Shown here piece after piece: positions 1 through 13,500 of a stretch of DNA of 64,000 nt. This DNA comes from Phoronis australis (taxonomy: Eukaryota > Animalia > Phoronida): the NCBI GenBank assembly GCA_002633005.1, contig NMRA01000168.1:561129-625128 (forward strand). The letters are read 5' to 3'. The translations under genes were made by a program, and so were the position numbers. Positions within the stretch are counted from its first letter, which is position 1. Each line of letters begins with the position of its first letter. The notes beneath the pieces were generated by a model. It was not told where the DNA came from, made no database searches, and saw only the letters and a list, made by a program, of their open reading frames with translations.

Positions 1-794
1 TGAGGCGAAAAAATATCGAACCAAGAGGATCTTTGGAACAGATGGCGCTTCAGTATATCAGATATCCTGCTGGAGGTACATGTAAATTGTAGATTTCTTC
101 ATGATACCAAAACGCCTACAAACACATGTTCTGTCCAAGAAGCGAACGTTTGATCTAGGCCTTTTTCCGCGACAAAATCTGTGTCAACTTGTTCTTGTCT
201 CAGACAAGAAGTGATCACCCGGTTTTCAAAGAAATGTCAGTTCGTTGTTAGTTGAGATCTCGGCGCCTTAAATGAAGCGCTGTAATTGTAGCCAATGTGT
301 GGAGCTTTGGGTCTGTTGAAAAGTGACTTAATACGTTAGACAGGCGTTTGGTCCTGGGCTCTCATTTCACAATTACTGAATACAGGTTTAACCTTGCAAT
401 TTAGCAAATCACAACCTAGAAGGAATTTATCCAAAATATTCCCTGCAACTAGAAGTAATGGGTGTATTTTCATAGACTTTGTACTTTTGCTTAAGTGGCC
501 GGGATTTAAATATTTTTTGGAAATAGTTGTATAGAGCGTAAAACCAAAATTCTGACTTTTTTCACTTATTGATGGATCAGACCAATGGTCTCAAGCGATG
601 ATGAACAGCCGGTTCTATCAAATCCCAGATAAAAATTGAAACCAATTCCATTACAGTGTGTAGTCTAAATTGAACTTGTTTTTATAGCCACTTAAAATTT
701 CAAACTTTTGTATAATAACTGACCTCTTTCTACTAATGTCACTAACGACGACGACGCGTCTCACCAGATTGTCTCTAATTATCACACAGTCCTG

Positions 795-1195
795 GGCCCG
801 GTCTCTAATCTTTGTACTCGAAACGAACTCGAAACTATTTTTGGCAATTTCTCTGCACCTTTTGTGTGAACTTAAGACAATTGGTTATCAGACTGTGCTC
901 GAATACATTATAGTTTATGCATAGGAGTTTCTAGTTCAAGTTTGCCCTTGAAGACCCTTATACTCGTGCTACAAACTCGAGTAAAAACTCGAAATTTCGA
1001 GTTCAAACTCGAACTTATTTCTTTAATATTGGGTTTACAAACTGTGAACTAAGGGCAATAAATTATCTACGTAAGTTACTGTGTACTCGAGCATAGAATA
1101 ATAGATACTTATCTTGAGTTCGCCCAAACGTAGAGTAGAAAATGCCAAACCTAATTTCGAGTTCCATTTCGAGTAAAAAGATTGGAGACCGGGCC
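795..1195. mobile_element. PIF/Harbinger-type MITE, copy A
   Basis: TIR GGCCCGGTCTC(T/C)AATCTTT, CTG TSD on both sides; near-identical to 43601-43998. Confidence 0.85.
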
Positions 1196-2719
1196 CTGTT
1201 TGAATCATATTTTAGTTCACTGGCTTTCGCCTCTGTATCGTTAGAGATCATTGAAGTTTTTGATGTGCGACGACACCTTCTCGTTTTCGGAAGGATTAGA
1301 AGCACGCAGTGGCTATTTTTACTGTTTCTGGCGTCCTACACTCCATATACACGCAGACTTAACCACTGTTTACGTAAATTGATCAAATGTGTGAATTCTG
1401 GGAAAAGTACATATATTTGAATTACTCCGACAACTGTGGTGTCTCCTATTGACAGTTGTGTCTACGACTGAATCTCCGAAACCTTCTGCAGGATCTTGAG
1501 GAATTTTGAAAAGCGTATTCTGTGAAGACGACGAATTTTGGAAAGATCCGAATACCACTGTGTATGCTAGGGCATTTTTTCATTGTTCTCTTTTCCACCG
1601 TATCGGTAGGTTTCCACGATAGACTTCGTTGATTTTGGCGAACATGTTTTGTTAACGATGTGATAGCACCGCCATGTTTTCAGATGCATTAGGCATAACA
1701 TACGCCACCTGGAGGCCATTTTTTATTTTGTGTCGATATTGAGGGCGCATCTCTTTATCAGCCAAATCACTGTAAGGACTATTGTGAAGTTTGGCAAATT
1801 TATACGTATTCCTTCTACATGTATGGCGCACCATAGTGGCAGTTTTTTTGTTCGCAGATATTTCTCAAGGAATGTTTTGGCATTTGGCAAGACTATTTCT
1901 ATGAAAGTTATAATTCTGGATGACAGATTTTCAAGTTTATCTGCTGCACTCCTTAGTAAGAATCATATTTTACGTTTTCTGCTTTATCTTCTTAATTCCT
2001 TGACGGATTTTTGTGAAGTGTGGCAAGTAGGCTTCTATGATCACATTTTATCTTTTGAGGATTTTACCTATTGAACATCTGCCAAGTGGCCTTTATTATA
2101 ATATTTTCGAGTTTTTTTGGCACCCTACTCTTTACTGTTTTAATCAACCTAAAGATAATTTTGAAAAAATGCAATACGCGTTTCTTTTGGGAAGTGCACA
2201 TCTAGAAACGATGCTTTTCAGATCTGCCCGATTGCTCTGGTTCCCTCTGGTTATTGACAGTTTTGCTCACAGGCTGTGACTCATTGTCCACCAAGCTCCT
2301 CGAAGGAACTTCGTGAAATGTGTAACTATGTGCTTTAACTCAATAAACTACAGCTGACTTGTACTTTGGGTCAAAACCGATCCCCGATTCCTCTAGGGTA
2401 ATTTTGTTTTTCTTTGCTCTTGTCTTGGTATCTGCAAAATTCCTTTAGGGCTCTTCATGACATTTAGGAAACGAGGCGCAAAGACAATACCGCAAGCCCT
2501 GTTTCAGACAAATGTCACCTACGGTGCGTACCTTAGAGGCATTTGTATGCTTTTTATGTCTGCACTTTCTCACCAGCCTCCCCGAATCCAAACTGCGAAA
2601 AGAATGATGATCAAATTCGGCAAGTTTGTTTCTGTTGGGCAGAGCAATGCTGACTAGGTTTCCTTCCGTAGAATCTATTTTACGTTCACTAGCATTGTAC
2701 CTTTAGTGATAATGTTTAA

Positions 2720-4235
2720 AGGAGAATGCCACTTTTCATATCATTTTTAGTACGAAAAACGGTCCGTCAATTATCGCAGACAGTTTTTAGTCAATAGCGG
2801 GTTCCCGAAATGTTAGTAATTAGTCATGTCTTACGTTAAGGGGGGGGGGGGTCTGACTGTGTGAGGTGTCGCGTTAGTAATTATTTTACCTCGGTTGTGC
2901 TAAGTTCGTCGTTTGTGTTTGTTAACGAGTCAGTGAACATGCTGCACGGCTGCTGCGTACCGGAGTGTACTCACTATCGTCACACGAGCACTTTGGGTAT
3001 GCCATTTCATCGTTTTCCAAATGACACACTCCGACGTACGTGGCTCGTTCATGTGAAGAACGCAGCGTTGGCCGTCCACGCAACGTACAAAACAAAAAAT
3101 TACCTAGCGTGTGGAAAGCGGTTTCTTCCGTCGGATTACGAAAGAGATACATGTATGTTCGCGGAATTGAGGAAGGATACCGCAAAACAGTGCCTGTAGA
3201 AGGATGCCATACTGTCAGTGTCTTGATTCCCGGCACCCCCAAAAAGTGCATATTTGAAGCGAGAAAGCTCGCAAGCTGTGGTCTGTATAGGGACTGGAGG
3301 CCCTTCATCTACTGTCACTTGTTCATCCGAACATACGCCCAGAGCGTTTAATCCCGGGAACTAGCAGCGATTTGCCCTGTGCTGGCATTTTCTCCGTCCC
3401 AGAGCCTATAAGTAGCCCTGCAGCGATGTCGAGTAATGCTAATGGATACTGGCCCAGTTTTGCACCCGGTGAGGAGGACTGTTCGCCATGCAGTGAACAG
3501 GCCGGTGAACCAAACTTTGATAAGTTTATTGTAGACTTGGCTAAAGTATTGACGTTTTTAGAAGGTGCCAGGTGTGTGGCGAGGGTGGCACACGACGGGA
3601 TGTAAGCGGTTTAAGTGTTCAGGTTACTATCTAGTGGAAAGAGCTGAGGGATTCCACTGAGGTCGGCATAACAGTGCACACCTTGCCTTTGTATCAAAAC
3701 GTCCCACCACGTCTTTTCGATCTCTGTTTCATCCCTCTCAACTGTTGTCTGTGCGTATCTTGCCTCACTATACTCGTGCTCAAACATTATGCACCCACTG
3801 GCTGTTCGTGAAGAAATTCATCGGCACCGCTCCTATGAACAATAATTCCGTCAGTCACTTTACTGAGTCTGTGATATGGGTCGCCAACTCCAGCCATTTT
3901 CAGACTACTACAAACTAAACGATCCCTAATCCCAATGTAATTCAGTTCTCTAGCATTCCAGTTTGTCGTAGAACACTCGTCAATGGGAAGTGATGACGAC
4001 AATTTTAGGAAACCAACAAGGAAATAAACAGTGGAACACAACCCTCACAGTAAATTGGAACGTATAGTAGAAGCAAAATGGCGGAAAATTCTTAACCCCC
4101 TAAACGTCACTTCCCCATTAGGACACGACTACGTACTAAAATTACAGGAATCCGTAATTAGCTGAAATATATGTCTGGGATAATTAAAGAATCGTATTTT
4201 TACTAAAAATGACATGAAAAAGATTGGCCTCTCCT
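2720..4235 (+). mobile_element. Kolobok-like DNA transposon remnant with decayed THAP domain
   Basis: TTAA flanks (2716-2719, 4236-4239); about 40-bp TIR AGGAGAATGCCACTTTTCATATCATTTTTAGTA; THAP motif CCVPEC...FHRFP...RRTW...CGKRF from 2939. Confidence 0.8.
2939..3199 (+). pseudogene. THAP zinc-finger fragment of a transposase
   Basis: C2CH THAP signature with the His ligand replaced by Arg; frame ends early. Confidence 0.7.
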
Positions 4236-4365
4236 TTAAGATCATCCTATCCATCTACACTGTATGCGGCGCACACGGTATGCGCATACCAACACTCTGC
4301 ATTGCTTCTGTTCAGATTTCAAATTGCTTCGGCTTCAATTTTATCTTTGGATTCTTTTCTTACAG

Positions 4366-4569
4366 TTTGTCCCCAAATTGCCTCTGGCCTTGGACAAGGA
4401 AATGGCATGTTTTGTCAAATTCACAAAGACTGTCGTGGAGTGACATGCGGGGTCGTATTTGCACTCCATTTCTTCCAGAAAGTAACCAAGCTTGACATCC
4501 GGTACAACGTTTGCGCAAATGAAGTCCAGCTTAAGTTTGGTTCTTTTGAGCAGTCTTTCAGTTTAACAA
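4366..4569 (+). CDS. Giant gene exon, Cys-rich module (VCPQIASG...CQIHKDCRGVTC...SFSLT)
   Basis: ttttcttacag acceptor, gtaagt donor, phase 1/1. Confidence 0.8.
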
Positions 4570-7500
4570 GTAAGTACTATATACTTTCTTATTTTCAAAT
4601 CAAATTTCAGTCTGCGAAGAGGAGATATGGACTTCTTTAAATTCATACATGTACATGTACCATCGCTATTGAATTTCAGCGGGTGAAAATTTCTTCAAAT
4701 TTCAAGCTGGTGAATTTGCCGAAATGTTTGGTTTGGGAAGACTGTCTCTTATTCCTGGTCCGGACCACGTAGTTATTTTCCTGGACGCAAGGCTGTGTTC
4801 TCCGTATTACCCAACATGTACCCAGGCAATGAAAATTTTTGATGGAGTTGTTTTTACTGGAAACCCGTCCGACGCTTGCCGGTCTGGTGAGTAATTGATA
4901 TTCTGACTGTTAGTCCGACCAACCTGTTGTAGACATTTTTGTTCACTAGATATTTTTCCTAAATGATTTGGTTGTTTATGACTTGAGTGCGTTATACGAT
5001 ATTGGGTTTGTTAATATGGCATTTGAATATTTTTCACCGTAATAACCTTACTAACACTAATAGCAGAAGACCAGCGGGAGGGCCGCCTATGGCCTATACG
5101 TGAAATAACAACAAGTCACGTGACCTCATATGTGCATACGAAAAATCTTGCTGTCATTATGAAAAATGGAGGCGATCACATGGAAGCCGCCACTAATTAC
5201 AATATTAACAATTACATTACATATATTTCCAAAATTCCTCAAGCACTGAGCTAGGGTGGCCGAGCAGGGGCGGTGAAAATCATTCATCCCTTGTGACTGT
5301 ATAAGTTTATCGTCGCTAATTAACGAAAACATTCGTATGCATTGAGTTGCGTTAAAACATTCTAATCAGACTTTTTACGCGTTGTTTTTCATGAAAAAAT
5401 TATCAACATGCTAAACATGACGAGATAACCAACCCCTTTTTCATTGCTTAAGCCAGTATTTGCCTCTTCTGTAAAGCAACAAAACAGCGTAACAGACAGT
5501 CCAGTCTTCTGCCAGTTAATTTCGATGTGACCATCGACACATTTTGATTCGATGTTCGTTGTTCTATTTTAATTTTAAGTAGATATCTGCCTTGCAAATA
5601 GACTCTGCGTTCAACACATCGCCTAGTAGCAAGATGAACTTGGAAATTGTCGGTCTAGCCCATAGAATTGAAGTTCCACCAGAGAGCGTTTCACCACTTA
5701 GTGAAAAAGCTATAATCCAAAAGAATGGGCGGGGAATTCTTGTTCAGTGTGTTAGTAATAACAAAATCAAATCCCGTTGACACGTTTACAAAAATGCAAA
5801 CGGTCTTATCGGTTTACGTTATATTTCACCTCTTCATACCTTCCTCTAACAACAAGGAATCAAATCGCCTGACATCTTTCCCATCTTCTCCCCTTAGTTT
5901 TTACCTAATAACGTCATGTGGTGACTTAAATACCAGCCAATGAGTCCAGTGAATGCTTAGTCCATGAGTTCACCGGTAGATTAAACATGCAAATGGCGGA
6001 GTGACAAACGTAAAGTAAAAAGTCGATTCTTCAAGTTCTTTCGAAAGGCTTGATTTCCGTGCAGTTGTGTTCTCTGTAATATTTCTTGAGATATATGTGT
6101 TCACGCGATCGCAATTTCCACGTGTGCGGGATAATGTTTGTCATGCAATTCGAGTATAGTTTATCTCATACGCGTTGAGTTAGCCGAGTGCGATATTACG
6201 TGATATTGTTTTCCGTATTTACCCCCCGCACTGCTTCAACAGTGCCCTCTGACATTGAATGTTCAACAAGTAGGCCAATGTCGACTTGACATCGTTAGGC
6301 GGTTCGATCATCAAACTTTCCGAATATAGTTTAAAGTAATACAATTTTAGCAGTATAAACATCATTTGACATGCAATCAAACCCCAAACGTAACATCTGG
6401 TACAAAACTGTTACACTGTAATTATATGACACTTCTGTTTTCAATTGCTAAATATTTTATCGTCTGCAACTCATGCGCCAGCTAACGACGTCGAGTCCGG
6501 TATTGACCTACAATTTGAACTTTCCATGTCAGTGGTCACTGTTGAAATAGTGCGGGAGGTGAATGGGGAAAACAATATCACATGGCGTATTGCACTCGAC
6601 TGAATCAACGCGTATGGGATAAAAAATAATGCGACGTCGAGCGACGAAATTAATATGTTCTAAATCAGTTTTCCATGTAAGTAAAGTAGCAGGAGCTTTT
6701 AAGATAGTTCAGTTTAGACGATTGTACTGAAAAGAAAATTGGTGACCCTCTTTGCTTTGCAGACATGTAGGAGGCAAAAGTCAAAATACAAAACATAATA
6801 AGTTCAAAGTGAACGACATAAACATTGTGTCAAAACCCCTTGAAATGAAATAGTTTACAGGTTCTAGTATTTCTGATGAAATCCATAGCATCTTCTATGA
6901 AAACTATCTAATGTTACATTATGTGCGTCTGGGCACCACGGCGGATTATTTAAGCTTACTGATCGATTATATTTTGTATAGAATTCAAGCTAATCGTTGA
7001 TGTGTCTAAAAAGAAATCACTGTAAATAACTGTGAATTTCATTAATTCATTTTTTAATATGAAAAACAGAAACGGATTATATGTATCTAAGTTTAGTTAT
7101 TGCTCCAAAACTCCAATACCTAATGCAAAATCAAAAATCGAAAGATGTTTGTTGAAAACTCAATATCTATTATGCAAAACGAAAATTAAAAATCCAGTAC
7201 ATCTTCAAAGTTGGTGGTGGTCATTCGACTCAAAAATACAGATTTTGAATTCGCTATTGCGTTTTCCTATTTTGCCACATCTTGCCAAATATGATGCTCT
7301 ATGTCCATGCTTTGAATTCTACAGGCGATAAAAGTTCGAAAATGAAATGCTCCATGAGACGTGAACATTATGTAGCTCTCTTGCAGGACCCACAATATGC
7401 ATAATTGCCAACTGTTTTGTTTTGGCAGGACCGCCTGCTTTTTAAAGCTTTTTCCTACGTCAACCCACGCTCTTTGACACGTGGCAGTCAGCAGTTTGAG

Positions 7501-10500
7501 GATTCTTTGTATTTATTGCACTTTCAAAAGCCCGATAAAACTAGAAAGTATATTTTGTTAATGTATTGTAAAATTGCACATATTGTACTGCAGGCCTTTT
7601 GTACAAGCCGTAGGTAACTGTTGCATACATAGAAATACCCATTTTTAAGAGTCTCTGAAGGGTGTATCTCGGAGAGGTGTTTCAGTAATGAAAAAACTTA
7701 TTCCAGGTCCTGAAAACGACCCCACCTACGACCAAGTCCTGAGCATGACGCTGGACGCGTTCGCCTACTATGTCTTGGATGCTAATGTTGCAGAAACGGC
7801 AGATGTTCTACGGTTTCTTAATGAAATACGTGTAGCTGCGCTTGATGCGGTATGTTAGTAGCTACATGTACAAAAACAACCGCAACATTTTACCACTACA
7901 GATAATTCCTGCAGATAATCCGTACGAGTAATCCTTATTATTGACGAATAATAACGTTCTACGTTGTTGTTCCCCTAAATACTGGACTGGGGCAGGTTGG
8001 ATTACGAGCCCACTTTACTCCTAACAATTCATTGCGCGAGCTAGCGAGCAGATCTACCCTAACATCATTTGAAACTGTGTACTTTTTACGTAGCTGTTAC
8101 TGGCTGTACTGCAATGTAGGTCTATGCACGTCTGCCCATAATGGATTTTCGTGTCCCCAAAGCAGAGACAATTGAGTCCTTTGAAGCTTATAGACACACA
8201 TTAAGCACTCTTTATCCTCAGACTGGAAAATTGAACAATTCCTACTAAGTGCGGCTGCACAGAACAGCTGGCGGCGATGAACTCAAAGCACAGCGGGAGT
8301 TTGACGACAACATCTTCCACTGACCTAAGTGATCATCTCTACGTACCGCCATCTGACAAAACACTGTCTCGTCAGGTCAGCACTAGACCATCCATCCATT
8401 AACAAGGTCCACTGCAATCACGTCTCTGTCACGCTTACTTAAGACTGGACACAGGCGCCTCTCTTCAATTACCGGCCACCCATTGCCAAAACCAGACTAC
8501 ATGTCTGTCGGGCCGCCGACATTACGCGTCTTAGGCACCCAATTACGTGTTCTTTGACATCCTGTGTTGGTTGCCGTTTTGTGACCTGGCGAATATCTGA
8601 AGTTTACTCTTCCTCCCCTAATGGAACCTGACTGCCCACTTGCCCAAAAGGCAAGCTCTGGTACTGGCGTTTTCCAACATGCAAAACAGTCCCTTTGACC
8701 TCAACATCAGTTTTGCGGTGCGGTTAGAAACACAGAGCGTGTAGTTGACACAACCTCAGGCCCATGCCTTGGCACACGACATGGTCATTCATTCCTGGTC
8801 CACCATGCTTCCGAAGTAGTGAAATCTGTGGGGACAACCTAGTCTCCACGTGTCCTGCGATGTGCTTCTAGGGTAGCACCTACGCTGGCAGTCTGCTAAC
8901 GCCATTGATGTTTACCACGCCCACCATTGTAAAAACCTAATCATCAGTCGTCCTCGAATTTTTGTCCTTAGCTTATACAGGCTACCAACATGCTTGGCTC
9001 GTGACTGATAACAGAATTTGTGTTCGGGCGTTTGTCAAGCACCGTTGAGTTGAATTCTCTGCAACTGCGGGCGTCACTTCCTTTTTGTCGACCGTTTTGT
9101 GATTCTTGACTGTTAATGCAAACAACTCATCCGATTTTGTAAGTCGCGACGCCCCTTAATTTATGGAAACTCGGTATATTGATTTATCCACCTAGAGGAA
9201 GATTCTTTGTTTAGGGGTGTCAGAGCGCCTACACTTAACCAGCTGATCAGCGTGCTGAAGCATACCGTCTGAATACTAAGACATGTTCACCATGTCTTTT
9301 GGAGAAATTCACAATTGCTGAAGATGCCAAGCATCAAGCGCTCCCACCTTTATCGCTTGGGGTAGCTTACGGATCGTCAGACATCAAAGACTTTCATTCC
9401 CAGAACTGCACTACACGACGTCTTGACAACGTTATCCATTAGGATTGTCTACCCTTTGAATCAGCAACTCGTCTTGGTTGTTTAAAGGCATCCCTTTGTG
9501 TTAGTCACCTATAAAATTTATTTCTGGTTACTGCTTCATCAGTTGTGCTGCTTTGAAGAAGTTCCCCACTGTTGTCACTTCTCGATCGTCTCGTTTGAAG
9601 CTACATGTACGCCAGTTGTGTTTGTCATTGTAGTAAATCTCAATAGACAGTTGATAGTATTTGTTCACAAGTCCTTCGCAATCTGCTGCCTCTAATACTG
9701 GCCTCAAATTACAATAATCTATTGCCTGCCCAAATTTTCACCCGATTGATTGCTTCCGTGCAACGAGCTGCTCCTGCGTTTATTACACTCTAGGATGGTT
9801 CTCATCTACAGCAGAGGTGACTGTCTCTTGATACAAGCCATGTAAAGAATAGTAACAAGAACCTTGTAACCGCAAGAGTAATCGCTGGTATCCTATCAGG
9901 ACCTGGACATTATCGTTACACAAGGTTCCAAATCCGGGGTTTCTCTTCACGGGAGCAGTGGACTCACCGAAACCAATTTACTAGGCCTGCATGACCTTAA
10001 AGGCTATCCTTGTCATTACACCGCCATAAAAGTCACGACTCACCAGCATTACATGTAGATGTCAGTTTAAGAGCAATATTATCTCTTGAAGCTGTCTTTG
10101 TCATGTTTGACCTTTTTAACTTACTCTAAACTAGTTTTATCTTTTTATCGTTTATTACTATAATGATACCAAAAGAAATATTCTTGAAGTCTTAGCGTAA
10201 CAAGTTACATTACGCAAAAAGTTGGTACCAAAAAGTTTTTGCAGAGTCTGGGAAAGGAAATGGCTGGTTTTATCTTCCAGTAGGTCGGCTTAGGATTGCT
10301 AGAAAGTTCAAATGTCATTTATGCCAAATTGACCAACTTGCTATTACGATGGTAACGTTTCCCTTTAATCTATAACATTTTACCTCACCCAGATTATGAA
10401 AAAACGGGACTTCTTGAAAGAAATCACAGGCTCGGCATTCCCGTCTAAAATAGACTTCTGCATGGACGGTGATATACCAATACCTCCGCTGGACATTACC

Positions 10501-13500
10501 TTTTTTGAATACAGTGTTTTCTTCATGGTTGGACCTATACCAATGAGATTTGGTAAGTTGCATACATTTGGTTATACTAATGCCAAATTGTTCTGGTTGC
10601 TACTCTGTGGACCAATTTTAATAAAAGCAAGGCACACCATCACGCCAAGGCTCTCAATAAATAGTAGAATGTCCAATGTTTCTCTCTAAATCTATAAAAT
10701 AGACAACCTATTAGATTGGCGTTACGTGACAGTCAAAACACCAGCACTCCTCACATTTGCACATGACTTGCCCAGTGGCGGATCTTCGGGGGGGGGNCAA
10801 AACAATGACATACGTGTAAAAAATAAAGTTGCCACTAGGGAGCACCCCGGTGCCAAATCAGTCCGAGATTCGTCATTTGTTGTCTGCTTCATAGGATCAC
10901 ATCTACCAATTAAATCACATGAAGGTTCTGCAGGTGGCTTACCGTATACAGCAGTGGATGAAGAACTCCCATACAGAGATGACGGTAAAAAACATAAATA
11001 TGCACTAATGTGCGTGAATTTAAAATGTAAACCTCCAGTGATAGAGCTGATATGATACGGTCGATTTTACCAGATCAACAGGTGTGACGTGAACCATTAT
11101 GTTATTGTGAAACGTGCACTTCTGGGACTCGGACAACAGCAATGACAGTAATTCAGACAGCAACTCTATCAACAGTTTTATAACTAAGAACGATGTAAAA
11201 AGTGAAAAGACATTATGAATAACAGCACCAACAACAAGTAACGAAACATCAGATATATACATCTCTTGCCTTAATACTAGTACACTATTACCTAGTTAAC
11301 CCCGCCTCTATCGACAGCTCTGGAGGTCTGACGGGCCGCTCCGTCATCGGTAGGGTTTCGTCCAGTTGATCGATCTGTCTATAGGCTATGCCAGAATCTT
11401 CTAAAGGTGCCAAGTGAGGAAGAATCCGTCGCGCCTTATCAAGCTGGTTGTTGTTCAAAAAGTGGTTAACCATCCATTGGTGAAAAAACGGCAGCCCCAT
11501 GTGGTAGCAATTCTTTTGTACCAAATGATCAACTGTAAGCAGAAATGATTAATTCTGAAAACATTTAAGTTGTTGTTATTGAAATGTCAGCAACTTTGAA
11601 ATATGGCGATTTGGCAGTCTGAAGATCTTGATAAGACCTAAATTGTAACTATATACCCTCTTTAAAACGCAAGTCCGTTGTTAGGAGCGACAAACATAGC
11701 ATGAACATTCATAGTGTCGAAATCCTGTAACATGGGCGACGCACCATATAGCCCCCCACTTTTTCCATAGGCCATGCACCACAGGTGAGCTGGGAGGGCT
11801 TTAGCCCGCATTTTTTTCAGTGCTGCGCCGCCCACGTGTAAAGGGTCATTTGACGTTTTTCAATTGTTGTCAATTAACGTGATTCAGTTTAATAAAGTGA
11901 TACTTAATTGCTTATTGTCGCTTTTAATAATAGACTACGAGCTGAGAGCACCATCGTTCGCCAGTTTTTCTCGTAACGAGACAGAACACATGTTTATTTC
12001 CGGACTAACAGTACAGGTCTTCGTTCTTAAACAACCTGAGGCTGCTATTACGCGATCATCCGATATTCAAGTTTTTACGTCCCGTTGGCACTCCTTATGC
12101 TCTTGAATATTTGGTAGTTGTCTAAACCCCTGTATACACACCACACTTTTTCGTATGCGACTTTTCGTATGCTTAAAAAGGTGCGTGTAAGTAGATATTC
12201 CAACAAAAATTTTTGCTGGTGACGTGACTCATACCCGAAACTTCAAGTTCATATGACGACAATCGAGAAGGATTTCAAATAATCTTAAGAAAAACTCCAG
12301 AGACCTGTTAAGTGCCAGAAACTTACCAGGATGCATGAAAATTTCACTTTTTGGCTACAAAAACAAAAAATGTCTTACACGGGAGGGGGTCAACCCTCCT
12401 TCTGACCACCCCCGCTCGGCGCCACGCGCCTCGGATTCGACCTTTGCGGGAAGTGCTAAACCCCCCCCCCCTTACTGAAAACGTAGATCCGCCCCTGACT
12501 TCCCACGAGTCTATACAACTCTACATGTATATATATTTTCAACCAAAACGTAAGACTCTCATGAGTTGATTTGACAATTTCAGCTATTGGAGCTGGCGGT
12601 TCGATGGGCATTCGGCTTACAGTGGGGGCGTGCTTTTTGAGCATGACTGGATTCGTAAGTATAAAGGTGTTATATATCTAAAAAGATGCGTTGCATACAA
12701 ATTTTAAGATAAGCGTAACGTCCACAATTAACAAAAATGAACAATGGCATCTAAACAATCAAAGCAATAATCGAACTACAGGTACTGACGCCTAGTAACA
12801 TTACTTACCGGTAACCGAGAGCAATTCCTGATTCAAAAATCAAATTTACAAAAATTGAACATCTTGAAGTCTTCCTTGCCAGACAATTTGCCATCCCAAT
12901 GGTTGTAGATATTCAAATTTCTGTTCTCCTTCGTGTTTGCACAGCGTAAGAGCAGAAAATTACCCTCACTTATGACCGCGAAAAAAATGGTTTTGCCGCC
13001 TCACTAGCAGTTAATCGGCGAATACAGATATTAAAAACTCCTCTGTGTATGTATGATTAATGTGTTACACAACGTACGTGGTTTTAACGGTTCACGATTA
13101 TACCTCGATGTGGTATGCAAGCCGATTTCTGCGAGTGTGAAGGCCGACTTCAAAGTGGTTTTCATACGAATGTCAGTAAACATGAAATAATTCACACTCG
13201 TTATCACGTACGTTGTATAATGTATATTTACAGTAGTCTTCAAGTATCCCAACTTTAGTACCTTATATGAATAAAAATACATGATGTTTGACACTTGCTA
13301 GTCTTCTTCACATTCAAAAAAGGCAACGTGGGTTTTCGTATTTAAGGGTATGAATGAATTATTGACTTTTGGCATAACACTTGGGCTTGAGAATCTCAGT
13401 AGCTGTGCCTCGTTTTGGCTGCTGGCTTTCTTGCGCACCGTAACCTTCGAAATACAGTGTAAAAAAGAAAAGAAAAAATCGAACAGAGAAGTGTTGTCTG

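Noticed and set aside
1-75. Possible upstream exon of the giant gene (...LQYIRYPAG, phase-1 donor gtacat)
   Set aside because: The phase fits the exon at 4366, but the donor is weak and the acceptor is outside the window, so it is not supportable.
10726-11055. 109-aa ORF containing X
   Set aside because: It crosses a transposon terminus and an ambiguous base (n at 10797) in a G run, with no protein features.
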